Notes under the pieces: generated by a model
The model's input: only the letters and a program-made list of their open reading frames with translations
Databases searched by the model: none
What the model was told of the DNA's origin: nothing
Shown here: piece after piece, positions 13,801 to 25,300 of the stretch
How positions within the stretch are numbered: position 1 is the stretch's first letter
Layout: each line of letters starts with the position of its first letter
NCBI GenBank assembly: GCA_002633005.1
Contig: NMRA01000309.1
Span: 1-64,000 of the forward strand
DNA length: 64,000 bases
Source: Phoronis australis
Taxonomy: Eukaryota; Animalia; Phoronida
Direction of reading: 5' to 3'
Translations under genes and position numbers: made by a program

Positions 13801-16800
13801 AACACTGAATGTACATGACAATAGAATGACTGGTCATGTGGAACAATCCAAATCTTATTTTATCTCAGTTTGACATAAGGAAATGGCAGTTCAAATTGAA
13901 TATTTGATTCATTAAAATGCCCCTTCAACATGCCCACTGGGGAAGCACAACTCCGACACTTACCTGTGCTATACCTAAAGCTTGACCAGCAACGCCGATA
14001 CGTCCTCCATCTAACGTCATCTAAAATCACAGCCAAAGACTCAAAATTATGGCAGGTTCTATTCAAGTTCCGTTTTTACTACAACAGATTTGCTCCTTAA
14101 CGCTTGGAACACATCAAAATTTGTATTGGAACAAAAATCAGTGGAGAAACTGAAAAAGTTTTGCAAAATAGATGGTATATGAAAATAATGTGTTTAAAAT
14201 GCCATAAAAAGAAGTGTTCAAAAGGATCTCAGGGTTTGAGAGCATTATCATTTGAAAGGCCAGCAAGAAAACAACTTTGGTATAGATAGCAAAAGTTATG
14301 CCTTGTTTGAATTCAAAGCTTGTTTGTGAGAGAGAGTGAGAGACCTGTACAAACCAAATGATCGGAATACTGTGTTTACACGTGTCTATTTCATTATCCT
14401 CTATCATCCACCACACCTCCACACATCCCATTACTATTATATCTTTTATGTCCTATAATGCTACTCAGTCAAGATAATTGCATGCAGGCTATGCGTGAAA
14501 GCAGTTTAAATAATAAAAATGTCGATTACAACACAGTTAGTATCACTCAACTGACTCAGTGCGTGCATTTGAATGATAATCACACACCTCCATGTTCAAA
14601 GCTAACAGGGGTAAAACTTCTCCACCTGGAAACAATCTTGCTGGGACTTCAGCGTAAATGTACTTCATCACACAATACAAAACAATCCCGCATAAACCAA
14701 ACAAAGTGAAAAGTAGGATGTAAACACACAACTATACCATGGCTATTTTAAAGCCAAATCCTGGCTCGCCTAATATAGCATCTTTTGGTATCCTGCACTC
14801 ATCAAAATTTAAGGTGGTTGTGGAGGTCGCTCGTATTCCAAGTTTATCTTCCTTCTGTCCTAAGGTAAGTCCTTCAATAGGCTTATTGAAGACAAAAGCA
14901 CTGATGCCCTGTAAGAGTAATAATGAATAAAAATAAGTTGGTGACCAGTAACTGTAATAATCAAAGATTGTATTCTCCATTTTGTAATTCACGAGTTTTC
15001 CATAATTAAGTTTTTCATGAATTTTCATTATCCTTACACTAAAAAAACATAGAGTCATATGCTGACTGCAGTTACAGCCTACCTTATGTTTCTTGGACTT
15101 GTCTGTAGTTGCAAAAACCTATAAAATATAAAATACTCTGTCAAGTACTGCTCGGTACTTGCACACAACAATTTCATAAAACATCTGCAGTAAAAAGAAA
15201 ACAGAGAACTGTGAACCAAGAAAATGTGACAATGCTTCTTATAACAGGGTATCAATCATAAAAATGAAAACAGTCGAGGATATAGTCAGTAGCCATCAGG
15301 TATTTTTGACCCTTCCATCTGGAAAGTTTTGCATCTGCTATAAACAGCAACAGGTATTTTGCGCAGTTGTTAGCAACCAGACATATCAATCATTTGCAAG
15401 AATAAGACAGTCAACAGAACACAGATGAGTGAGTGTATTTCATGTAAGGTGCTGGAGCATAATTACCACACAGGCTTCTGCCTCATAACCATTGGTGATC
15501 CAGCACTTGGACCCATTGAGCACCCAGTGGTCCCCCTCCAGTCGGGCGGTGGTGGCAGCAGCCCCTGCATCACTACCATTACCTAGTGGTGAGACATTCG
15601 TGTACACAACAAATGCACTAACTGATTTCTACAGTGCCTCCAATGTGCATACACTGTAAAGAACACAACCAAAGGCATGTCTCTAAAAACGACTTGGAAT
15701 GGTTTGGAATTTTCGTCATAGCATAAGCTATACAACTCGAAATTCTTCAAAACCATGCATGTTCCGAGACCATGTCATAATGTTGATTACCTAACAAAAA
15801 TGATATTCATACAGCGTTCTGTCGTTCAGTAACTTTTCCAGACGAAAGGGGTGCTGAACGTGCGATAACATCTAGTTCTGTTGTTAACTGCCCAGCTCAG
15901 TCTTTTGTCCTGTATGATAACAAGTAGGCCAATTATCTCCCAGGCTTCAAAGGAAATGTATGGTGGTTGCACGCTATTACCGAACACTTATGAACACAGT
16001 CAAACCCAGTGCGTTGGTAATCCGTTTGGACAGTATAGATTGTCTTAATTTCTGTTATAGTTGGGCAATTTTGGTGATTCAAAAACGGAACATGATCAGC
16101 ATTTGACGAGGAATTCAGAAATGCTATTGGTTTAAGCTCAAATATGTTATAACTTAACTTTCATTTTTATCAGCCCAGCCCAGTCAGGCTAGATACGATC
16201 TGATCGGAGATTAGAGCAATTATCGAACAAAAGAGCACAACCCTTCCAACCATGAATGCAAGAATGGAGTTAATCAGTCATGTAAGATATTGGCTATGGG
16301 GGTAAACTTCCCAACTTGTTGTTAGGCTATAGAATCGAACAAGCTGGGAGCAACGGGATGTCGCCGTCATGCTAAGTTGTTACTAACTGGAAGGCATATG
16401 TTATGTGTAAAATTCCACCAAAGCATTCCATTTAACCTCACATAGAGGAAACTGACATTGCTTAGAATCAGTAGTGGATCCATAGCAACTTCAAAATCTT
16501 ACTGATTCGTACTTTGCCCTTTTCCAAGACCACTGTGGCACATATATGCTTTTTACAATAATTACTAGCAAATATCGGACCCATGACAGCTGATGTATCT
16601 GTCAACAACAGCCATCACTTACGGAGAGCAATCTTTGCTTGTGGAACAAACACAATGAATTCTAACCTATAAGTCACAAATCCTATCTCATCATTCAACA
16701 CTGTTGCTAGGCTACACTGTTAGGTTTCTTAAATTTGATATCTTTGAGTTTCCTTTTGTCTTTGATAAAAATGGCGGCTGAACAATAAATAATTTTTACA

Positions 16801-19800
16801 AATTGTTGTTTTGAAGTGCGATAACAACCTAAAACAAAAGCAAAGAATACCATGCCGGTGATGGACATTCCAGGCTCAGCTAATGAGGATTCAAGCAAGG
16901 TAACAAAACAATTATTGTCTCAGCCAGGACCATAAAGCCTTTGTTAAGCTGAGATTAGTTACACAATCCAACTGGGAGAGTTTTATGATTAATAGGAGGG
17001 TTCACATGAACTGCTTTCACTGACTTTGCAAGCTAATTTCAAAAGGCCTATTGTGCATGACACCTGTGACACCCATCATTTACAACCATCTCCAAAACTC
17101 TAAACCCCTATGCAGATTTGTTGCCCNTAAAATGGGATCTGCAAGATGGTTAATTAAAAGTGCCTCTTATTCTTTCGTTAATCATTCATCAACTATCCAC
17201 TCACATTTCCCCGCAACATTCTACTTTTCAATTCCTGGCGTGTTACCCACTCAGTTTAAAAAATATACAGCAATGTTTCACAGACAAATTCCTAAGTTTA
17301 CATATCATCTGTGTTCTGTGCCCCAGTGATCTTTTCATTTACAGTTTACTGTTCAAAATAAAAAGTCACACAATCACTGACTTAGAAAACAGGTTTACTG
17401 CACTAATTGGCCAGTTTTTGTTTCACAACAAAATGACAAAAATTCTACTGTTAACTGACATATAGGCAATGAAAGATATGGTTTCGTCAGCCACTGTAGA
17501 AAAACGGTAGGTTTAATGAAAAAAATTGCATATTGCTGAACAATCGTTTGACTACTCGATCCTTTACATATTTTGAAATTTGCAGCCAGGATATTGGTCT
17601 GAGTCATTTGCAATCTAAGTATATTTGGCTGTAAACCAGAGTTCCATAAATACAGAATCTATCCCATGAACGTCATTACGAGTAAATATTAGTTTGGACA
17701 ATGAACAGCAGGTAAGGTGTGTCAACAGGTTAGCCAATATTAAATGCACATTTTTAAAACAAAATCCAAGAGCTAATAAACTGCAGGAACACTGTAAACA
17801 TAAAAGAGATGGTTTTTGAATAACAGATCTTTCGATTTTTAGCAGAAAAAATTGTACATGTCATAGCCGCAAAATGCTGCCGCTTGATTGTTTGACTTCA
17901 GTCTTGTTCATCTTAGTTCATGATTTCATCACATCTGTTTTGCTCCTTTCTTTGCAAATGGGTTCGATTTCCAAAATTTCAGTATTAATCAGTTGAATGT
18001 TCACTCACTGAAAGTCGAAATCATTAGATAATCTCTCATGGCGAATCCTAAATGGTGAAATCAACAACCTACCTGGTTCACTCAAACCAAAGCAGCCAAC
18101 CCTATCGCCATTGATAAAGGGCTTAACAAATTCCTCTTTCTGTTTTTCAGAGCCAAACTTCGTAAGTGGTGAAAGATATAATGACTGGAAATGAAAGTAA
18201 TCGATGTGTTGACAAAATGTCATACTGTCACACAGTGGTTTTGAATGATGATTGATATCTCTGTGTACAAGCTAAATAACCCCTAAATTGATTTACCTGC
18301 ACATGTTAACCCCTTTGAATGATGTGTCATGCAAGAAAACCGGAGAGAAAAAACAAACCGCAACTAGATAAGGCTGTGTTTTGTTTTAAGATGATTATAA
18401 ATAATACAGTGCTGTTAAAAAGCTCTAATTTATAGAATTATAAATTATAATTAATACAGTGCTGGAAAATAACTCTAAATAGAATTATAAATTATAATTC
18501 ATACAGTGTTGTTAAATAACTGCTGGATGCAGAGATCGCTGCAATGAATTTCATTACTTGCTTGTGATATAGAATGCTCAATAATAGTCGGGTATAATGT
18601 CCCACCATTATGAACCAGTTTTCTGCACTGAATAACGAGCATCAAACTGGTTCTCAAAATGTTACATACGACTATTGCTGAATTCCCTTCAGGAAACAAT
18701 TGTTTGCTTGCACCTCCCTTTTCACAAGAAGCTAGATCTGCCTTTGTTTGTTCCTTCATACATAGACCTCAGTGTCGATGATGGCAAGGCATGAACTCAT
18801 TGAATTTCACATTAACACCTACTCACATTATTGACACTCATGATGCATCCAGTGCTTGCATCCCCTCGACTTATTTCTTCCATGGCAATGGCGTAGGCAA
18901 GTGAATCCAGTCCAGTGCCACCATATTGTTCTGACACCTCAATAGCTAGGAGACCAAGTTCACCAAGCTTTTTTACCTGGTGAACACATTTAGTCAACAT
19001 TAGTCATGTTAGCATGACAACAAAAAGAGGAATGTTAGGAAGCAGCTGAGGTCAAAATGTCTAGAATTATAAGGAGTATGACAAGAGCAATGCAGAGCGT
19101 TGATATAAACCTACCATGCGCATCACACAGATACATTCACACTAAATAGAGCAACACAACTTTAAAACTTAGTTACAGTTTCTAGAGGGTGCAAATCAAG
19201 TCAGAAATGCTTCACTCAAAAACAATAGAAATGCCACTTAGGAACAAAACGTTGGTCGAATTCATCCGAGACACGGCACTTGCCAATAAATGTTAATTTT
19301 GCATATTTGACCCATTATATGTTGGTTACATTTTACTGTTAAGGTGTCAACTCTTCTTGTCTTTGTTCTAGAAATGAATTTTGAAATGTTGGAATTTTTT
19401 TAAAAATCAAAGTGTTTTGATAGACTTGAGATGCTACAAACCAAACCGCCAACAATTTAACAGAACTGATCAACATGCCGTATGTCAGAGGTGTATCAGA
19501 GGTGATCCTGTACAAGAAGCAACTAAGAGATGGTCATTTGCTATGTGTTTTCGATGATGCATGTAATTTTGGACGTAAGACAGCAAACAACGTCTAGTTT
19601 TGAAGTGGAAAGCGCAACCTAACATAAGATGCTTCAGATCTGGATAGAGTTCACATGATGAGCAACACATTTTTATAGCGAACTGTTAAAAAGTAAGCTG
19701 TGGCAACTACACAGACTGTCCCAATCTTCGTACTGTCTTGCAGATCTGCGCAGCACAAACTGCCATCTCTTTTCTTTGTTACAAATCGTGAGGGTTCCAT

Positions 19801-21783
19801 TAATTTACAGATCTTCGCAGCACAAACTGCCATCACTTTTCTACTATACAAACCATGAGGGCTGCATCAACCGTAGTATTTCTGACATAGCGACAATTGA
19901 TGAAGGTTGTACAAACTGTCGCAACATGCACACGAAGGCCTTTGAATCGTCTAATTGCCACTATAATCACATCACACTTGGGTGCAGAGACAATTTGTAC
20001 AAGCAATTAGAACCATGTTCAGCATTGCTAAGCCTTGAATTTGGGAAACCAATCAGCACGGCCTAAGTACATTATTTCTCTGATTTGGGAAAATGTGCAG
20101 GCGTTAATACTGAGAGGCCTGAACAAAAAATGTTTCATAAACCAATCCAAGTTTAATAGCAGAAAAGCTCAAATCACCTGTTCCCTGGGATACAGGTGTT
20201 CTTTGTCAAGCTTAAATGCCACAGGTGATAGCTCATTGTCAGCAAAGTTCCGGCATGTTTCTTGAATCATCCGGTGTGTTTCTGGAAGGTCTACTATGTT
20301 GACCATACATCGTGGAGATGTTTGGAAACCTGAAGATAAAGCATTAAATGTAAAATAATGTCACTGTTTCTTAAAGTGACTAAACAATAATAAGACACCA
20401 ACTGGACATTTGTGGTACTAAATTTTTGTTTTACCTGGCATTGCACCTGGGGCCGGTTCCAACAAAACTGGCTTAGCTAAGACAAACTTAAATTTTAGTC
20501 CCTGATTTTGAGAACCAGGCAATCACTGAATAATGAGGTGTTATTCAGTCACAATTAAGTGTATGAAACTGGTTCGTGAAATTAGGGACCGCCAATATAC
20601 GACCAGTGTGACAACCAGGACAAACAGCAAGGAAGACATCTTATTAATTTTGTTTACAATGCCCATGTGTCATACATTTTTGAAAAACACATGTTGTGAG
20701 AAATGAAATAGTGCAAAAATCGTAAAAATTGGGTGAGCGGTTACCGAGAAAATGGCCGTTAAAACGTGACAATTATGCATAAAATATCTGCCTTTTTACA
20801 TTGATTGTGTAATATAAAAGAAAAGAATATGCATGTGCTGCATATCAAAAGATTCGTCTCATTGTGATGAACATGGTGGTTGGTATTATGTACAGTTTGG
20901 ATCGATTTCTACAGAGATATTGCTGTTTAAGTGTATTGTTAGCATATGGAACAGGAGCATCAACCTCATGTTTTGATGAAAACAACGGATTACACAGCTT
21001 AAAAGGAAAAGAGCAAAGACAACACATCAGCTGAAAATGATGTCATCAGCCTTGTGAGCATGAACTTTAAAATTAGCGCGTAAGTATTTGGTTTATTACT
21101 CTAAACCACTGTCAAGGAAACAGTTCACAGACTTAAAAAAGGCGACACAGGTAGAGAAGAGGCTGTACAGGTACACATCAAAATGCTTAGTGAGGGGGAG
21201 AGACCAGAAATCAAAACAGTTGTGAGCATGCGCATTAGTTGCCACCTCACGAAAGTTTTTTGTCACTACTCTTTGCCGTGAATGTTGGCGATTGAAATCG
21301 GAAAATCTGGAGTGGAGGTGTGGGTGTGCTGGTATGTAGTTTTGATTGGATTCGATGTCAACAAATGGAAGTAGTGAACATGTTGATGTCGCATATAAAA
21401 TGTTTGACTTCAATTTCTGTGAGATATGACACGCTTGGACCAGCTCTGGAAGTACCTGGAGGTCGGCCATATTAAATAGCAGTTGTATACCTTTATCTTT
21501 ATTTATATGTTATCGTCCAGACTCTAGCCTAGAGTCTAGGGCTGATCCTAGACTAGTACAAGTCAAAACTTCAAAAGTTACAGGTTGAAGACAATTCCAT
21601 GACGGTACGCATTTCTGGAATCAACATCAATAGAGATTCAGAAAGTGTTAATATCAAGTGACTATGATATTCGAACCAGATGGTAAACAGTAAACCAAAA
21701 TTATATGCCAAACCTCTGCGAAATGCAACAGTTGGTAAAAGTTTTGCGACGGTCCAAATTCCCTTTGAGAAGGCGGCGGCCAT
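7650..21783 (-). CDS. ACADS: Short-chain acyl-CoA dehydrogenase, mitochondrial (SCAD), 11 exons, 416 aa: complement(join(7650..7802,12637..12789,13495..13575,13964..14020,14738..14908,15083..15118,15467..15582,18073..18184,18827..18976,20178..20329,21714..21783))
   Basis: All introns GT-AG with consistent phases; 1251 nt total. Arg-rich N-terminal transit peptide; motifs [49 protein letters not shown] and [10 protein letters not shown] (catalytic Glu) match the SCAD subfamily. Confidence 0.96.
8300..8800 (-). mobile_element. 5'-truncated LINE (L2/Crack/CR1 group) 3' end
   Basis: ORF2 C-terminal signature [22 protein letters not shown]...SIDTFK, then a 3' UTR with a stem-loop and (AATA)n-like tail; similar 3' end at 48850. 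Confidence 0.75.
9655..10082. repeat. Interspersed repeat, copy 1 (copy 2 at 15863-16360)
   Basis: Shared blocks cagtcttttgtc, ggccaattatct, tgatcagcatttgac.aggaattcag, attagagcaattatc.aacaaaagag and terminal hairpin cccaacttgtt...aacaagytggg. Confidence 0.75.
10120..10386. repeat. About 133-bp tandem duplication
   Basis: Two diverged copies of ttgattttttctcaa...gacaaaagaaaatgtg. Confidence 0.8.
10847..12555 (+). mobile_element. HINE-like repeat copy B, interrupted by a Harbinger MITE
   Basis: Starts acaagagcaacgcgaagcattgaa; colinear with copy A on both sides of the 11474-12312 insertion; ends cccacataataaatatgtg..cataaaa. Confidence 0.7.
11474..12312. mobile_element. PIF/Harbinger-type MITE (839 bp)
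   Basis: About 35-bp TIR gggctgttccagcaaaatctgtatgggagggggg / cccccctcccacacggattttactggaacagccc; 3-bp TSD TGA. Confidence 0.85.
12637..12789 (-). CDS. ACADS: ACADS exon 10
   Basis: [51 protein letters not shown]. Confidence 0.96.
12830..13035 (+). mobile_element. Penelope-like element relic (C-terminal GIY-YIG endonuclease region)
   Basis: KSAVTHHA...HVINWDDA....E.N...[11 protein letters not shown]....[12 protein letters not shown] matches the typical Penelope tail SAVAEH..H.IDW...E....R.IKEAIWI....NRD.G..LS..W. Confidence 0.75.
13495..13575 (-). CDS. ACADS: ACADS exon 9
   Basis: [27 protein letters not shown]. Confidence 0.95.
13964..14020 (-). CDS. ACADS: ACADS exon 8
   Basis: [19 protein letters not shown]; gtaagt donor. 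Confidence 0.95.
14738..14908 (-). CDS. ACADS: ACADS exon 7
   Basis: [57 protein letters not shown]. Confidence 0.96.
15083..15118 (-). CDS. ACADS: ACADS exon 6 (36-nt small exon)
   Basis: ttttatag|[12 protein letters not shown]|gtaggc fills the gap in the SCAD alignment. Confidence 0.92.
15467..15582 (-). CDS. ACADS: ACADS exon 5
   Basis: [39 protein letters not shown]. Confidence 0.96.
15863..16360. repeat. Interspersed repeat, copy 2 (see 9655-10082)
   Basis: Same blocks in the same orientation. Confidence 0.75.
18073..18184 (-). CDS. ACADS: ACADS exon 4
   Basis: [37 protein letters not shown]. Confidence 0.96.
18400..18521. repeat. AT-rich tandem repeat of about 48 bp, about 2.5 copies
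   Basis: atacagtgctg...ctctaa..tagaattataaattataatt repeated. Confidence 0.7.
18827..18976 (-). CDS. ACADS: ACADS exon 3
   Basis: [50 protein letters not shown]. Confidence 0.96.
19081..19270 (+). mobile_element. HINE-like repeat, 5' fragment
   Basis: acaagagcaatgcagagcgttga start matches copies A and B. Confidence 0.5.
20178..20329 (-). CDS. ACADS: ACADS exon 2
   Basis: [51 protein letters not shown]. Confidence 0.95.
21714..21783 (-). CDS. ACADS: ACADS exon 1 (mitochondrial transit peptide)
   Basis: actATGG start context; [23 protein letters not shown]; phase-1 donor gtttgg matches exon 2. Confidence 0.8.
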
Positions 21784-22157
21784 AGTTGTGAGTGTTTCGT
21801 AACTCACTACATGAAAGAGTGCTCGCAGTTTCCAAAATACTTCAAGCCTCAAAAACTTTGAGACATACTCATGACAGGATGTACCAGACAAGTTTACGAG
21901 TTTATTTGAATTTTTCTAATTTATTTGTGATTCAAGTAGTGTGAGTTTTAAGAATGCTTAATCATGCTCGAACATGACCTTTCACCTGACCTACTTTGGG
22001 TTGTTAACCTCCTTTGGCTTTAGTTCGATGTTCCAGGCGCGCGTGTGAAAATATTGATGGTACCCGGCTTATCATCCGACAGTTATTTATCAGTGTTTAT
22101 GTGTAATATACAGATATACAGTAGGCCCTGCATGGTGTTGCTGTTATTATTCACATC
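21784..22157. promoter_or_regulatory. Shared bidirectional promoter and 5' UTRs of ACADS and CASTOR
   Basis: Only 374 bp separate the divergent ATGs; contains a nuclear-receptor half-site cluster (21975-21997), ggcgcgcgtgtgaaaa (E2F/NRF1-like) and an Inr-like tcagt at about 22090. Confidence 0.8.
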
Positions 22158-22309
22158 ATGGAACTGAATGTTTTGAAGCACAGATTGAAGATTTTCAGTG
22201 TTAAGAAGACTCCCAGTTCGGCGTCAGGCAAGGGACAAATAGACGGCCCAGATCCCATATCACCGTTCGTTCACTCCCTTGTCAAATGCGCATTCTTTAA
22301 AGAAACCGG
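22158..22309 (+). CDS. CASTOR1: CASTOR exon 1
   Basis: MELNVLKHRLKIFSVKKTPSSASGKGQIDGPDPISPFVHSLVKCAFFKETG; gtacgt donor. Confidence 0.92.
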
Positions 22310-25300
22310 GTACGTTGTCAATTTTATTTTGGATGTTTTTGGAGGGTTTAGATGTGGCCCGCATGATCGTAGCGAAGCAATTGGGGTTGGGTTGGCATTG
22401 CACATGACGCACACATGTTGCATAAAATAGCGAGGTTTGGTGTACTAGTAATAGTACGTTGGTAATGTTAGTGCTAGTTGGTGTAGTTGGCCTGATTTGG
22501 CACACCAAACAACTGTGTTGTGTGCTCTCTGTATTGAGACTTTGTGTAAGATCAAGATCAGCCTTAACTGATTACTCTTCTATGGCGGTTGGTCAGTATA
22601 TACACAATATATTCCGACCTTATAGCACAGGTAAGTCCAGAGCACGTCTTGATTGCAATGGTGGGAGATTCGAATTTTCAAACTGTAGTGACGGATGTCT
22701 GCAGCCACACATCAGGTGGTGCTCTCTGCAAACTAAGCAGGTCTCTGTCGCTCTCAGACAGTTAGCGTCGTTCATCGTCAAGACTACAGTCGTGTGCAAC
22801 TCTGGTCACTCAACACCTGCGCTAAACTGAAGCTGCTGTAAGTTCCCAAGTTACTGCTCATAATTTATAGGTTTGTTTAACGATTGTGAGAACTGAAATT
22901 GACAACAATGAGTGCAGGATGATTAATCGACCTCCATGCGTAAGCATTCATTGTCGTCAATTTCAGTTCCGGTAACCTTTAAAAAACCTATGTGAAGAAT
23001 TACTAGTATTGGCAGTAATTTGGGAACTTGGTGTAGCTTTACTTTGGCATTAAAGGCATTACATGGCCCTGAATGCCGCAGACGTGCAGGGCCAATAGTA
23101 CACCCTCATAGTTACTCATTTCAAAATACAGCAAATAAAATCTAATGAAACATGCATATAGGCGCATGTATTTATATAATTAACACATACCATGACTGGA
23201 TACAATTTAGTCAACATAACTTGAACATATCCATGATTATTTTACGCGGTTCGCTAGACTTTCTCTCACCAATTGCCATATTGAGGAAGTTATATGAAAT
23301 CACCCCTGTTAAGTCTAAGTGTGACCTGGTAAAAATCCCGAGACCATTGATTTTCATTCTTTCTTACAGCTAAGAGTCAAGGTTACAATTTACTTTGGTA
23401 ACCTCACCAACACTAGTTATACATAGCTTAGGAGAAATAATGAAAGGGAGGTAACTGCATTTTAGGCCATCTGTTACATACAGGTGACTGATTCCTTCAA
23501 ATATTGTTTGGTATACTTTTGTTTTCTCAACAAAAAGTAAATTATGTTTCAACATTCCTGTTACAGCATGAGCACTTCTTCGGTGAGCTAAAATTTTGCC
23601 CACATGTCACACTAGGATGACCTGGTGATTTCCATACTGCTGAGGGTGGTAATTACTTGTATGCCTGTTTACTGTAACAGACTGGTTAGGTCATCCCAGT
23701 TGGCACTTGAATGCTTCTTATGGCTTCTGCTTGTGATCTTGTCTGGACATGTTTAGGAGTGTAAATGCACTTATGAGAGGGCTTTGTGTTGGCCATTTAT
23801 CTTTTTATCATTTTCTGTTTCAGCATATGACATTCTCAAAAACTCGTATTTATGCAGTCACTGGTGTGGATCCAGAATGTCACTGGGTTATCTGATTTTC
23901 TCCCTTGCTCAACCACTTTTTTACTACCGAAGATGTACTTGGAATGTTCCTTAGACCCTTCCCTTTCTCTGGTCATAATCTTGGATCATTAGATATTTGG
24001 CAATGATACATGCAAAAATTCAAATGCACTGGTCCATATGTGTCCAGTGTCATGCAAGTAAACAAACTGTTGCCAGTGCCCATAAAATCAGCTGATGTTT
24101 ATCAACTAAAAATAACTGCTGACTAATGGTGGTATTAGTGTGTATCTGGGGCAGCAGTGATATTTTCTTGATGACAGCAATGCAACTGAAGTGGGTTTTA
24201 TTGCTTTTAAGTTGCAGAGCTTGGTTGAAGTTTGTGTCCATTATACATATCTTTTAAGACTTCGTGTCTGTCAACTCAGGTAATCATTTGGTAAGTGCAC
24301 ACTGGTAAGAGAGAATACAGAGCACTGTGTGAAAGTGTTTAAAAACAACACTGTGAAAAATGCAACAAGTATATTCTTTAATTATTTTGTTCAATTAATG
24401 ATGAAACCAATTACGGAAAACTCTCATCAATGGGACATGATATGCCTGACAAGTGGAAGTTAAGATTATTTTTCAATGAAAGATACCATATCCAGACAAT
24501 GGTTTGAAAAATCATGTGCACTCAAAATGGTGTTAGAAGCCCTTGAAAATGATTTGATATACATTGAAGAAATCAAAAATCTCAAATTTGAGAAACCGAA
24601 AGGATCTTTAGACCTGAACGTATCTCTCTGACATTTGCAAAAAAATTACTATGCTATTAGCAGTCCTAGTGGCCAAATTAAATGTACAACTGAAGATAGA
24701 TGCATGCTCGGCTATGTCACTTTGATGTTGAAAAGTGTTAAAATTAACTAATTTACAATTTATTCTTAACTGCAAAATAATTACTTTGATTAACGAACAA
24801 TTATCAGATTTCCAAAATGTATGGGAAATTTCCATGTGATTGACTACATCACAAGAACCTGATATCTTAGCCACTAATAGTTGTCTGTAACTGAATATAT
24901 TCTTTGGTTTAAGTGATCTGTTAAAATATATTAAATTTGGCAAATGTTTTCTATGGATTTGATAACAGATGGCGATGTCTTTTATTTGGATTGGCGTGTC
25001 GCTGTGCCATCTAGTGACAATTCTATCCTCGTCAGAATATTTCGAAAACAAAGTTGTTTTATTCACAAGTAACGGTCATCCAAAACATTCTTAATCTAAT
25101 TCGTAGCATGTTCACCATATTAGTTTGATTGGAAATGTAAGTTTTACTTGCTTGCTTTGGAAGCAAGCTAGTAAAGCTTCTTTCCAATCAAATGCTTCTT
25201 GAAGTTGCTGTATTCATTTTGCATAGCAGAAAGTGATGCACAATTAGTTGACTGCATCAGGCACAAGGGGGATAACTACCATTTCATATTTTAGTGTGTC

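Noticed and set aside
21807-21812. ATG-TAG start-stop uORF upstream of ACADS
   Set aside because: May lie outside the transcript, and such a motif is common by chance.
24608-25066. Longest ORF in the track (152 aa)
   Set aside because: Non-ATG start, AT-rich intronic sequence, no recognisable domain or splice context.
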